From the human T2T-CHM13v2.0 reference genome, Homo sapiens: 64,000 bases of DNA. Shown in pieces: positions 12,004 through 25,399 of this stretch (positions within the stretch are counted from its first letter, which is position 1; each line of letters starts with the position of its first letter). Location of the stretch: the NCBI RefSeq assembly GCF_009914755.1, contig NC_060932.1; one strand, written 5' to 3'. Position numbers and translations under genes: made by a program. The notes beneath the pieces were generated by a model. The model worked only from the letters and a program-made list of their open reading frames with translations, did no database searches and was not told the DNA's origin.

Positions 12004-14054
12004 TGCTGTGCATATCCATCTGTCATCAGGCGTTGTCTGAGCAGCCAGCCCACTGTGGCAAGTGCCGTGGGAGGAGAGTCAGAGGTGGGAGGAGGAGAAA
12101 GAGAGGCTGAAGTCCCTGCCTGGAGCTGGCTGCAGGGCCATCCTGCAGAGTGGGTCATTGACTGGGCAGCCCAGGCCTCCCATGGTCCCTCCTCAGCATT
12201 CTGCTTCCAAACTGACCTGCTCTGGGCTTTCCTGGGTGTCCTGGTTTTGGCTCACCCTCACCTTTCAGGTGAGTCAGTTTGCTTCACCTGAGCAAGTTGC
12301 AACTGCCTGGGCGGAGCCTCACCTGTGACTGTACAAGGGACGGGTCTGGATCGGGCAGCCAAGTAGGTCTGATAAGGAGGATGGGGCAATTTCTTGCCAG
12401 CACCACCTTGTAGGGAGTTTGGGCTTCTTCCCCAGGGCTCACGGAATGGGCAAGAGAAAGAAGGGTGGGGACTTGAATCCAGTGAAAGTACCAGGCCTCC
12501 CTGAATACCACTGACACCCCAAAGCAGGCACATCCTCCTGTTTCCCTGTGCCAAGGGCTTATAAGAAATCAGGTAGTGATCCTTGCCCCCACCTCCCAAG
12601 CATGGAATTCTCTAGGCTTGCCCCTTGGGTTTCTAGAGGATTCTGTGGGAAAACAAGGTTTCATTTGTTAAGAAGAGTAAGTGACGATCACTTAGTTTGG
12701 TGACCTTGGGTACAGGTGGTGACATGTGGATGTTAGGGCAGGAAGGGCCCAGGATGAGGTCACAGGTTGAAGGAGGTGGCTGATGGTAGCCAAGGCCCAT
12801 ATTACAAGTTGGGGAGAATGATTAGCCCCCACTTATTTCCGAAAATCACTGCCAGGATGATTTTCAGAGTTTCTTTGCCAAAGTCCAAGTTCTCTGGCCA
12901 TTTATTTCAATTCAAAATAAATGAAATTTTGAATTCACTATGTGCTATGAATTCACCTCCCAGGAAAGAGATAATTGACTTGGTTTGGCCATTACTAGTT
13001 TAAAAACAATCAAAAAGAAAAAAGAAAATGAAACAAAGAATGAACATCCTCAAAGACAGTTACTTTCTGTATTACAACTGTAGGATATTGCTATGTTGCC
13101 ATCATTTATTGGTTTGTTGACTGGTTTTTTGATTGACTGCTCTATTGAGCAAATATTTATTGAATGCTTGTGATGAGTCAGGGGCCGTGCTGAGAACGAG
13201 GGGCATATAGTGATGAAACAGAGAATCTCTGGCTTTAAGAACTTCCAAACCAGTAAATGAGCAAATACTTATGATATGAAGCATTGCTTGAGTCACTTGG
13301 TTTTCACAACCTCCCTTTGAAGGAGCCACTGGTATCTATTTCACAGATAAGGAGATTAAGACTCCAAGAGGTGAAGAGACAAGAGTGGATAAAGGGCTGG
13401 GCGAGTTCAGAGTGGAGAGAAATCATTTCCACTTAAGAGTACTCTGTATAAGCTCTGGAGGGGTGGCCTTTGAGATTGAGATGAAGGCAGAGCTGGCCAT
13501 AGCAGGTGGAGAGCAGGGGCAGGCAGCACCGGGCTGTGGGGCACAGCCAGACCACGATGAGGGGAGGTTTCACGGATCATAGAGCAGCCAGTGAGCCATC
13601 AGCTAAGCCTCCATTCCTGGACCTTTCAGTGGGGCAAGTGCAGTTCCATGAAAACAGGTCAATATCCCAGCCAGACAAGGAGTAGTCCCTGCAAAGCTGC
13701 ATCGCCTGGAGTTGCACAACTCTGATGGCATGAACAGTTGTGTTTGGAGGGAGAGCTCAGCACTGGGAACAGCACAGGCAAGGTTTTTCTGCCTCATGAG
13801 TATCTTCTCTGAGCAAATCAGCTCAGCTGCAGGGCCCCCAGTCTATGGAAATCTAGGTGGCTGCTAGAGAAAGCCAGCTGTAGGCAGGGGGTTTAGCAGA
13901 GACTGTGGCTTCTATTGCTCATTCATGCATTCCACAAATATTTACTGTGCACTTACTGTCTGCCAGATGCTGTGCTAAGAGATAATTAAGACAGGATCTC
14001 TGCAATCACAAACTTAGTCTAGTGAAGGAAGGGACAAGAGAACAGCTGATGACC

Positions 14055-14280
14055 GTAATAATAAAAATCAGACACTTGCTATGTGTCAGGCATTGCTTTA
14101 AGTGCCTTTCATCATCACAATAAAGTTTGGTTGTATTATTATTTTATAGAGGGAGAGACAGGGACACAGAGAGGTTAAGCAACTTGCTCTAGGTCACAGA
14201 GCTAGTAAGAGACAGAGCCAAGACTTAAACCCAGGCAAACTGGCTGCACAGCCCAAGCCTTTAACCACTGTGCTATACCA
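14055..14280 (-). mobile_element. MIR SINE
   Basis: gggacacagagaggttaagcaacttgctctaggtcacagagctagtaa...ctttaaccactgtgctatac. Confidence 0.85.
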
Positions 14281-15534
14281 CCTTGTCATCCAACCAAATC
14301 AATTATAATTCAGTGCAGTTCTACTGGAGGAAACACAGGATGCTACAAGAGCAAAAAGAGTGGGTTCCCAATCCAGGTGTTGAGGAATGGGTGCAAGGAG
14401 GACTTCCTCGAAGAAATGAGACTATGCTGAAGCCTGAAAGGTGAGAAGTGGCACCCCCAGGCCGAGGAGAGTTTGGGAGGAGAGTTCTGGGCAATGGAAT
14501 GGAATCAGAAGGAGCTGATGGTAAGAGAGAGCACAGATGGTTTCAGGAACTGTGAGGAACTCATGTTGGCTGGAAGGGGTGTGTGGCAGTCCAGAGTGGA
14601 GGAGGAGACAGGCAGGTGTCATGGTTTGGGAGGTGGCACCCTCTAGCCACTCTGTGAAGATACAGCCTGGTAATACCTCAGGTTCCCAAGAACTCCAGGG
14701 CCTGTAAACATGCCAGTCACACGTGGGCCTGCTTAGAAGGCCGATGGCCTTTGAGTAAATAAACAACACCTTGCATAAATCTCTGCACTTTGAGTGGCAA
14801 AGAGGCCATTCCCTGAGGGTGACTTGGAAAACCAGAGGTGCAGTGACTCAGCCTTTCTGAACCTTTTTGTCATCTACAAAATGGGATTTTGTAATAACCC
14901 TTTATGCACAGCAAAGGTGGAGCCTGATAGGATGTTTGTCGGGGACCCAGATTCCTTCATCTTGTTATTGGCAGATTTCTGTATGAGGGGACCTTGACTA
15001 AGCAAGTAAGGAGGTTTAGAGCAACAGCTTTCAAATGGGGGTTGGAAAAAAATCTCAGAATGTGCGGAATATGTTTATAAAAACAACATGATAATTTCCA
15101 TTATGCCACCATCCTCTCCCAGAAACAGTGTCCAATTGTTATCAGGGTAGCATGCCTTAGAACTTAGAGTTTGGATTGGAATATCATCCATGACAATCTA
15201 TCAACAGGTGTAGGTCATTCTTATAGGTGAGACTGGATCCATAAAACACCACCTGTCTCTCATCTTGCATGGTCAACTTCTTCAAATGCCACTGGTGCCT
15301 TCCTTCAAGGTCTATCCGTTTGATGATCAGGTCATTCTTAACAGCCATCACGGGCAAGTGCACTGCACAGTATGTTTTTAGATGCTACAGAATAGGAACA
15401 AACATTCCTGCTAGCTCTAGCAACTGGCAGGATTGAAGCAAAATGCAGTGGCTCAAGATATCGGCAACACTTTTGTGAAGACCATGTGGAATAATCCCAT
15501 ATTGGTTACATTGATGTGGTTGTAAGGGAACTAA

Positions 15535-16018
<484 letters not shown>

Positions 16019-16475
16019 TGATTGAATTTCAGTAACTAAGAATCCAATCCTTAGTAATTAACATTATTTGTTATATTGTTTTCTGAAAGAAAAAGAAAAG
16101 CTATCTAAGCCCCTAAGATTTGTTTTTTTTCCATGATTTTTAGGTATTCATTTGCAAGTATGATTTCTTAACTATGAAACCTTCAGTGATTATTTTTTGG
16201 CATGAGTCTTCTACTCTGTCCTAAATAGTTTTGAAATGTTTATCATTTTACTGAGATGATAAATAATGAAGAAAAATAAAGGTAGTGAATATAGATAATT
16301 CTTTCTGAAGCTCATTTGAAAGAATTCCTGAAATTCTTAATATGTGACACATTTTAAACACAGGATAAATTCAAATTTGGAAATTAGACTCAGTGCTCTG
16401 CTCAACAGATAGACACTTGGTCTTTTAAACATTATTTCATACCATTTTCTATTTTCACTGATCTTTGTAAGGGAG

Positions 16476-16850
16476 TGTATTAGTTCATTCTCACACTGCT
16501 ACAAAGAACTGCCAAGACTGGGTAATTTATAAAGGGAAGCGTTCTTCATGGCTCATGGTTCTGCATGGCTGGGGAGGCCTCAGGAAATTTACAATCATGG
16601 CAGAAGGGGAAGAGGCACCGTCTTAGATGGCGACAGGCAAGAGAGAGCAAGTGTGTGAAGGAACTGTCAGACACTTATAAAACCATCAAATCTTGTGAGA
16701 ACTCACTCACTATTATGAGAACAGCATGGGGGAAACTGCCCCACCATGATATAGTCACCTCCCACCAGGTCTCTCCTTGGACATGTGGGGATTATGGGGA
16801 TTACAATTCAAGATGAGATTTGCATGGGGACACAAAGCCTAACCGTATCA
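16476..16850 (-). mobile_element. THE1D/MSTA-like solo LTR
   Basis: tgtattagttcattctcacactgct...aaccgtatca; 5-bp TSD GGGAG at 16471-16475 and 16851-16855. Confidence 0.92.
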
Positions 16851-17429
16851 GGGAGTTAAACCCAAGTGGACACATCATCGATAGCTCAAAGACATTTTCA
16901 ACAAGCAACACAGCTTCTTGTGTGCTGATCTTCACTCTGCATAGAAATGTTTTAAAACACCATCAGCCCTTTCTTCAATGCATGGATTGATAATATTGAG
17001 AGCTCTTGGAAATGCTTTTATTTCCTCACTCACAAACCAAAGCTTATTACTACTGACTCCTAAACCCAGGTGTAACCATATATGTGTGAAATGGTTAGCT
17101 CTGTTTTCATCAGCTTCACTGTGAATCTGGTAAGCTTTCTACTCTGGGTAGCAACATTATGATAGACCTGGCCAATAATTTGATTCAAATCAATTCCATG
17201 CTGCAACCCTGTGCCAACTGGTCCTGGTTTTTCCTTCAACCTTGATGAGAGACCTTTCAGCCTTTCTTTGTTTATGCCTTGCTTTGAGGTCTTCTTGGAT
17301 CTCTTTTGCGCAAGTCGACAAGTGTTCTTTCATTGTCGGTTGGCTCATCACATATTATTGACTAAGCTGAGGAAACACTGATCTCATTCTTTACGCCTTG
17401 AAACATTTCATTCTTCATTGTTCATTTAA

Positions 17430-17789
<360 letters not shown>

Positions 17790-17849
17790 TAGTGATCAAT
17801 TAGTAAACTCCTCAGTCTGGGTAGGTTCTGTGAGGGCCCATACTTTTGT

Positions 17850-17927
17850 CTGTTTACTTTTACACAGCTATACAGTCCCTGGCACACAGTAGGTTCTCAT
17901 TAACTATTTGTGGAATGAACAAATGAA
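17850..17927 (+). mobile_element. L2 3' terminus fragment
   Basis: acagtccctggcacacagtaggttctcattaactatttgtggaatgaacaaatgaa. Confidence 0.7.
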
Positions 17928-18016
17928 GTTTTTCTCTTCTTTCGTTGTCCACTCTAATTTTAAACATACTTCTAAATATTGTTTTGGTTTCCAGAAAACA
18001 GATTCATGTATTAAAC

Positions 18017-18238
18017 CAAGGGCTCACAACAGTTTTCTGTAAAGTACCAGGTAGTAAATATTTTAGCTTTTGTGGGCCACAAAGTCTCTGTCATAAGTAC
18101 ACCTCTACCATTGAAAGTAATGCAAAAGCAGTCAGAGACAATATATAAATGAGCAAGCATGGTTGTGTGACAATAAAACTTTATTTACAAAAACAAGTAG
18201 TTGGCCAATGTGGCCTGTGGGTCAAAATTTGTCTCTTG
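18017..18238. mobile_element. MER58A hAT MITE
   Basis: ttttctgtaaagtaccaggtagtaaatattttagcttttgtgggccac...aataaaactttatttacaaaaaca. Confidence 0.88.
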
Positions 18239-18239
18239 T

Positions 18240-18549
18240 TTTATTTTAATTTTTTATTATTTTCTGAGACAGGATCTTGTTCTGTTGCCCAGGCTGGAGT
18301 GCACAGGTACAATCATGGCTCACTGATGCCTCACCGCCTGGGTTCAAGTGATCCTCCCACCTTGTCCTCCTGAGTAAGTGGCAGCACAGGTGTGTGCCAC
18401 TGACTAGTTTATTTTTTAAAAAATAATTTTGTAGAGTCTAGGTCTTGCTATATTGCCCAGGCTAGTCCTGAACTCCTGGGCTCAAGCAATCCTTCTGCCT
18501 TGGCCTCCCAAAGTGCTGGGATTACAGGTAAGAGCCACTGTGCCCAGCC
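18240..18549 (-). mobile_element. AluJ
   Basis: gaactcctgggctcaagcaatcc J-type; inserted at the MER58A end. Confidence 0.9.
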
Positions 18550-19255
18550 TGGCCCCTGTTTTAAACTACTCTTTTTTTAAAAAAAATCTTTTCTATTTCC
18601 TTCATTTTATTTGGCTGTGTAGGTGATACTTCCCCCTGGTAGTTTACTATAAATCACTTCTAAATCTGTAATTGCAATATTATTTCTCTCATATTTTCTG
18701 AAAAATTTCAGGTTTTTTTCCTAATAGAATTAGAAAGTCCTCTTTCCCACGGCTCAGTTTTCCTGGCAGCACAATGAATCTGAAAACAGAATGCTATTGA
18801 ACTCCAGCCTTCAAAAGTCTGTTATCCAGAATCTTTACACTTTGTAAATTGGCCCTGAACTTTCTGTACTTTGAAGGCGTATTTTGGTTGATACAGTGTA
18901 GCTATTTCTTATGTTCTGAATTTCAAATCATGTTCAGGGTCTTAAGCTGAGATAGCCTTGTATCCTGTCTCCATATTGATCCCAGATGTCCCCTCATGTA
19001 TTGTCTGTGGTGATGAAGTTTCCTGTCATTTAATACCAACATTATCTGTCCTACCATTTGGCTTGATGTGTGAGCTCTCAGCACGTTTTGTGAAGAATGA
19101 TTACACAGGCTTTTAAATAATTACAGTTATCATGAAAGAAACCAGAGTTTAACACACTTAAGACATCAAAAGTCTATAAAGAGTAAGTTTTTTAATTTTT
19201 AAAAATTTTAGTGAAAGAGGCAAAGTGCTGATAGGAATTAAAAAAAAAAAAGTTT

Positions 19256-19575
19256 GGCCAGGCACGGTCGCTCACGCCTGTAATCCCAGCATTTTGGGAG
19301 GCCGGGTGGATCATGAGGTCAGGAGTTCGAGACCAGCCTGGCCAACATGGTAAAACCTCGTCTCTACTAAAAATGCAAAAATTAGCCGGGTGTGGTGGCA
19401 GGCACCTGCAATCCCAGCTATTTGGGAGGCTGAGGCAGGAGAATTGCTTGAACCTGGGAGGTGGAGGTTGCAGTGAGCCGAGATTGGGTCACTCACTGCA
19501 CTCCAGACTGGGCGACAGAGCAAGACTCCGTCTAGAGATAAAAAAAAAAGCAAAGAAAAAAAAACAAAAAAAAAC
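19256..19575 (+). mobile_element. AluS
   Basis: ggccaggcacggtcgctcacgcctgtaatccc... with A-rich tail. Confidence 0.95.
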
Positions 19576-20251
19576 ACAACCAAACATACGGTGGAACAAT
19601 TAGTGGGCAGCACCCAGGCCTGTTGAAATGTCATCATCAGTTGACTTATGTCAACGTGCTCATAGTTTTTATTTGTTACAGTGATGAAAAAGTAGATTAA
19701 CAACATCATGGATCAAATAAAACAGTGATGTACACTTCTCAATTTGGAACTGATTTCATATAACAAGATGGTTACATTTGTTATTTACTATGTGTCAGGA
19801 ACTGGACTAGACTCCGGCCTGGATTATCACATTTAATCCTCACTCTAGCCCTACCAGATAGGCACTTTGATTGTTCCCAGTCATCTGTACTTTAGAGACC
19901 TTCTGTATCTTGCCCAAGGTCACAGAGTTAGCACATGTGGAGCTGGTGTGTATGTTTTGGATGGGTTCACCTTTTCCTTCCTTTGAAAAATGGTTGAGGG
20001 AGAGAGTTGAGCAGGGAACGGGGAATTTGCAACTCTAAATGGACTCTCTACTGCATTCTGTTAGGCCCTCAATCTGCTCCTTCTTTTGCAAAGATTAAAA
20101 AAGTGAGAAGAAAAAGTTCCAGATTGGTTATGGGGGTAAAGAAGAAGTGGGGGCAGAAGTGGAGTTATAAGGCCACCACCAGTGAGTTACAACCATGACA
20201 GGCCAGCCAGCCTGATGGGAAGGGAAGACAAAGGGAGAAGAAGACATTGGA

Positions 20252-20506
20252 GGCCGGGCATGGTGGCTCACACCTGTAATTCCAGCACTTTGGGAGGCCG
20301 AGGCGGATGGATCACTGGAGGTCAGGAGTTCGAGACCAGCCTTGCCAAAATGATAGAACCTCGTCTCTACTAAAAATACAAAAAATTCGCCGGGCATGGT
20401 GGCGTGCACCTGTAATCCCAGCTACTTAGGAGGCTGAGTCAGGAGAATTGCTTGAACCCGGGAGGTGGAGGTTGCAGTGAGATGAGATCGCACAGCTGCA
20501 CTTCAG
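20252..20506 (+). mobile_element. AluS lacking 3' end and tail
   Basis: starts ggccgggcatgg, stops at ctgcacttcag. Confidence 0.92.
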
Positions 20507-20530
20507 GGTTCGGGCAAGCTGAGAGATTTT

Positions 20531-21257
20531 ATTTTAGTTTTTATTTTTATGTATTTGGGAGGTACAAGTGCAGGTTTCTTACATGCATGTATTGAGTAAT
20601 GGTGAAGTCTGGGCTTTTACTGTACCCATCACCTGAAAAGTGAACATTGTACCCAATAGACATTTTTTCAATCCTTGCCCCCCTTCTACCCTCCTACCTT
20701 TTGGAATCTCCAATGTCTATTATTCTACTCTAAGTCCACGTGTGTACCCATTGCTTAGCTCCCACTTATAAGTGAGAACAATGTGGTATTTGACTTTCTG
20801 TTTCTGAGTTATTTCATGTAGGATAATGGTCTCCAGTTCCATCCAAGCTGACCTTGTTCTTTTTTGTGGCTGAATAGTATTCCATGGTGTATATACACCA
20901 CATTTTCTTTATCCAGTTCTCCACTGATGCACACTTAGGGTGATTCCATATCTTTGCTATTGCGAATAGTGCTATGATAAACATGCAGGTGCAGGTGTCT
21001 TTTTGATATATTGCTTTCTTTCCCTTTGGGTAGATAGTAGTGGGATTGTTGGATGGAATGGTAGTTCTATTTTTAGTTCTTTGAGAAATCTCATACTGTT
21101 TTCCATAAAGGTTATACTAATTTACATTCTCACCAATAGTGTACAAGCATTCCCCTTTTTCCTGCATCCTTGCCAACATCTGATATTTTTAGACTTTTAA
21201 ATAACAGCTATTCTGATGGTATAAGATGATATCACATTGTGGTTTTAATTTGCATTT
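20531..21257 (-). mobile_element. L1PB-type 3' end
   Basis: ggtacaagtgcaggtttcttacatg...gtggttttaatttgcatttc; 16-bp TSD CAAGCTGAGAGATTTT at 20515-20530 and 21258-21273. Confidence 0.92.
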
Positions 21258-22533
21258 CAAGCTGAGAGATTTTCAAAGCTGATTTAGAGAATTGGCTAAC
21301 TTAGGACTTACTAGTACAGTACTCGGTCATGTTCTGGAAATGTGGTGTGTCTTGACTGGGGAGAAGACATCCAAGAACGGTGCTTCAAGGGCAAGATGCT
21401 GACCAGGGCCTTGCTGCTTTAAAGGAAATCTGGTGTGCACTGGAGTTTTTCTGTGACTAATACCATTCACCAGTTCATGACCACTCTCCCAAGTACCCCA
21501 TAACCACACTGCCGAACGTCTATTGTCATCAACCCCACTTCCCAATTTGCAGACGAGAAATCTAAGACTCAGAAAGGTAAGTGATTTGCCCAAAGTCACA
21601 CAGCTAAGAAGTGAGAGACTCAGGATCTGAAGACAATGCAGGAGAAATCCCCGTGATTCATAGGGATGCATGTTGGTTCATTTCTCTGCTGACCCGTGAC
21701 GGGCCAATGTGTTTAGACCTCTGGAGGGTTAAAAAGCACTTCGACATCTGTTACTACATTTAATCCAGGTAAGTCTGTGCTGTGGTTCTTTTTATTGATC
21801 CCATTTTACAGATGAAGAAGTGGAGGCTAAAGTTCTTTTGTGGTCCATCTTTCTGTGAGTTGAGATATCCAAGCCATGCTCAAACAAGTATAGCAAACAA
21901 ATATGGTTAAGAGCAGATAACCCAAGGCTGACTTGGAACCCTGATTTTCCCACTCCCAGCTGTATGGCTGGAAAAGAGGTAAGTGGGGAAGACAGGATTT
22001 GAGAAGAGGGTGAAGCACTTTCTAAGCAGAGAGAAAGAGGGCCTGCCTAAAACAGTGAGGGGGCAGTAGGGGCCCGTGGTGAGGAACAAGGGTCTTGGAA
22101 TCATTTATTTGCACTTCATCTTGCCTCTTATTCATTTGTGACCTTGGGCCTTTTGCAACCCCAGGTGCCTAAAACCGGGCCAATAAAACCTATCTCAGAG
22201 GGTAGCGGTTACGAGCATCAAGTAAAATAAAGTGCTCAGCCGAGCGCTCAGCTATGGTCCAAGCCCTACCACGGAAGGCGTCATCTGTGTAGAGCCTGGG
22301 CTGGCCGAGAGTCTGAAGCCACTGGAGTCTGGGAAGCCCAGCAGTTCCTCAGGGACAGCTCTTGGGTCAGGAGTGATGAGATCCAAATGACCTCTCAGGA
22401 GCCACATCTGGGCTGGGGTCACTGAGCCTGGGCCACACTGTCTGAATGTTACCCACGGCCAAGGCTTCACTCCCGGGGGCCACAGACATGGGGCTCCTGG
22501 TGTCCCGTCCTCAGGAGCTGTCTTCACCCTTGG

Positions 22534-22710
22534 CAGGACAGGCTTCATCCTTTGCGAGGCCCAGTGCAAAATGAAAACGTGAGGCCTCTTGTTAAAAAAT
22601 TATTAAGAAATTCAAGATGATTATAGCAGAACATTAAACCAAGTGTGGGGCCTGTCTAAGCAGGGACTCTGTGCAACTGACCAGGTCACAAAGCCAAGAA
22701 GCTGGCCCTA
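22534..22710. mobile_element. MER45A hAT-Tip100 MITE
   Basis: caggacaggcttcat...ggcccagtgcaaaatgaaaa...gaagctggccct. Confidence 0.85.
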
Positions 22711-23049
22711 CACTTGGCCACACCATCTCTTTCTGGACATCTGAATAAACTCCAAACACCCCATTCAATGGTTAGGTAGTCTGGTTCACACAGCAAACAA
22801 CTGGGGTTTGGAAACATCCATTCTTTAACATATTCACTCTTAAAGCATTTATTAAGTGCGTTGGGAGGCACTGGCAAGATCAATACTTTCTTCAAGAAGT
22901 TCAAGGTCTAGTGGGAGAGACAAACACATATAAACACACACGATAACTAGCATGTTAATAATTCTACTCATTTAGTCAACAAATAGTTATCACTACCTAG
23001 CAGGCCAGGCAGTGTGCTGGGGATCAGAGACACAGACATGAATCAAATA

Positions 23050-23315
23050 CTGTTAAGAGCGCAGGATTTGAGGCCGAGCTGTTGGGGGTAGAATCCTGAT
23101 TCTACCATTTACTGCCTATATGACCCTGGGCAAATGACTTAACCTCTCTGTGACTCAGTTTCCTCATCTGTAAAATGGGAATAATAATAGCACTGTCCTC
23201 TTAGGGCTGTTCTGTTGTGAGTATGAATAAGTTAATCCTCATAGTAAAAGAGCTAATATGAGTAGATTTTTAGAATAGTGCCTGGCATATAGGGTGTGCT
23301 ATGTAAGTTGTTATT
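23050..23315 (+). mobile_element. MIR SINE
   Basis: intact core gacttaacctctctgtgactcagtttcctcatctgtaaaatggga. Confidence 0.9.
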
Positions 23316-23379
23316 TCTTCAAGGAATTAAGTCTACTGTCAGATAAAGACATAACACACACCCAATGACACAGTTATTA

Positions 23380-23609
23380 TTATTACTATCTTTTAAAGAC
23401 TTTTTTTTTTAAGACGCAGTCTTGCTCTGTTGTATTTTTAGTAGAGATAGGGTTTCACGGAAAAAAAATAAAAATAAAAATAAAAATAAAAGAGAGGCTG
23501 GAGTTCACCGTGTTGGCCAGGCTGGGCTCGAACTCCTGACCTCAAGTGATCTGCCCTCCTCAACCTCTCAAAGTGCTGGGATTACAGGCATGAGCCACTG
23601 CGTCCAGCC
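23380..23609 (-). mobile_element. Internally rearranged Alu
   Basis: right arm mostly deleted and A-rich insert in left arm; TSD CAGTTATTA at 23371-23379 and 23610-23618. Confidence 0.88.
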
Positions 23610-24599
23610 CAGTTATTAGCTAATCATGTCTACCATGTCCCACACTTTGCGTGTGGCACTGGGGGATCCAGGGAAGAGTGGGATGTTGTCTCTTTCCTTC
23701 CCAGGGCTGTGGGTGCAGGGCAGCCCAGCCAGGACCCTGTTAGGATCAAAATTCCATTTCAAAATACGTTCTTATTACTTCTCTATTTTGTGCTCTGTTG
23801 AATGACTTGGGGTGAACAGATGGGACGTGGAGGAGTTTACAAGGTACTCAGTGCAACACAAAGTGCCACCCACTGTCCAGGGAGCGGGAGAGGGGCGAGC
23901 GGAGAGTGGAATAGTTTCCCCTTTTCATCAGGGACCTTGCTGTCATGTGGAGCAGACATAGCTTTCAGCCTCTGGCAGTGCGCATGGCAAGACCGAGCAG
24001 AGCAGAGCCCCATATTTGGCTGGGGAGAAATTCACTCCATCACACACCCTCTGACTCACCTCCCAACCCAGCACCCTGGGGCTGAGCTCACAGGCCTCTG
24101 ACTCAGGCACCGTGGGGCGTCCTCCTTAGGGGGGAAGGGGAGGGGGCTGTCCCGGTGCCCCTCCTTTGGCCTCCCCCTCCTCCTCAGCCTCTGCATTTCA
24201 CGGTCTGAGCTCTTTGCTGCTTCCCCCACCTTCCCCTGGACCCCTTTCCACAGAGCACTACCATCCACCCACGTCCAGACGCCGATTCTGCAAGGACTGA
24301 CTTTTTCACGGAGAAATTCATCCTGGCCTCTCCTCACAAACAGAGCCAGGATGTGCTGGGGTTTGGATGGGTGGGTGAAATTGCTCATTAGGGGAGGCGA
24401 GGCAGTGCTGTGCAGTGGAAAGAAATAGAGATGTGGGTGCCTTTCCTGGCCTGTGTGACCTTGGGCTGCTTATGCTCCTCTCTGGGCCTCTGCTGCTAGA
24501 AGCGTTGACGAGTTTCCAAGGACACAGGAGCTGTCCAGGCCAGCCAGTGAGGCTGGGAAGAGCGCATGCTGATGAGGAGCTGTCTTTTGGCCCCTTGCC

Positions 24600-24910
24600 T
24601 CTCGATGTGTGGTCCTGGGAAGGGCAGCACAGGCATCAGCTTGGAGCTTGTTAGAAATGCAGAATCTCAGGCTGCACCCTGACCCACTGAATCAGAATCT
24701 GCATTCTAACAAGATCTGCTGATGATTCCTGTGCACACTGAAGTTGGAGGAGCCCTGCAAACTTGGCTGCACATTGTAATCTGGGGAGTTTTAAAACATT
24801 GTGATGTCTGAGACCCACTCCCAGAGATTCTGATTTCACTGGGCTGAGGTGTGTCCCGGGCGCCTTCAAAGCTCCCCAGGTGATTCAAAGGTGCAGGAAA
24901 GGTGGGGAGG
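24600..24910. mobile_element. Adjacent MER5A(1) and MER5B MITEs
   Basis: ttgttagaaatgcagaatctcagg...gaatcagaatctgcatt; then caaacttggctgcacatt...agctccccaggtgattc. Confidence 0.85.
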
Positions 24911-25099
24911 GCTTGCCCTAGTGAGTCAGGATGATGCTGATGTTCTGGGTTCCACACTCAAATGCACACAGTGTCCGGTCAGGTGCAGAGATGAGCCAAT
25001 CAGGCTGGGGTCAGTGCATGTGAACACGTGGTATGATGGGAGGGGGCTGCAGAGGATGGAGGACTATTGCCAGGGCGACAGAGACCAGTGGCTACTGAG

Positions 25100-25300
25100 C
25101 TGCCACTGACTGCCCCCATGCCTGAACGCACGCGCACCCAGGGACCAGATCATCCAACTTTTCAAGAAATGCCAAAAATACAGCTGTTAGCATGATGCCT
25201 TCTGATTTTAAAATGTTGGCTCAATTGTATTTCAAAATACAGTGTGGTCTAAACAGAAAGCTGGATGTGGCCCAAGACTTGCTGGTTTGTAATGTCTGTC
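25100..25300. mobile_element. MER102-like hAT-Charlie fragment
   Basis: ccagatcatccaacttttcaag...tgattttaaaatgttggc...ggatgtggccc. Confidence 0.65.
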
Positions 25301-25303
25301 CAG

Positions 25304-25375
25304 CCAGGGTGACCAACTGTTTCAGTTTGTCTGGGACTGTCCTGGCTTTAGCACTGAAAGTCCTGTATCCTGGGC
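25304..25375. mobile_element. MER81 (hAT-Blackjack) fragment
   Basis: agggtgaccaact...gggactgtcctggctttagcactgaaagtcc. Confidence 0.8.
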
Positions 25376-25399
25376 CAATCAGGTTATAGGTCTTGATGC

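Noticed and set aside
23800-24400. Possible CpG island or promoter
   Set aside because: GC-richer with G/C runs but only scattered CpGs, and no clear core promoter.
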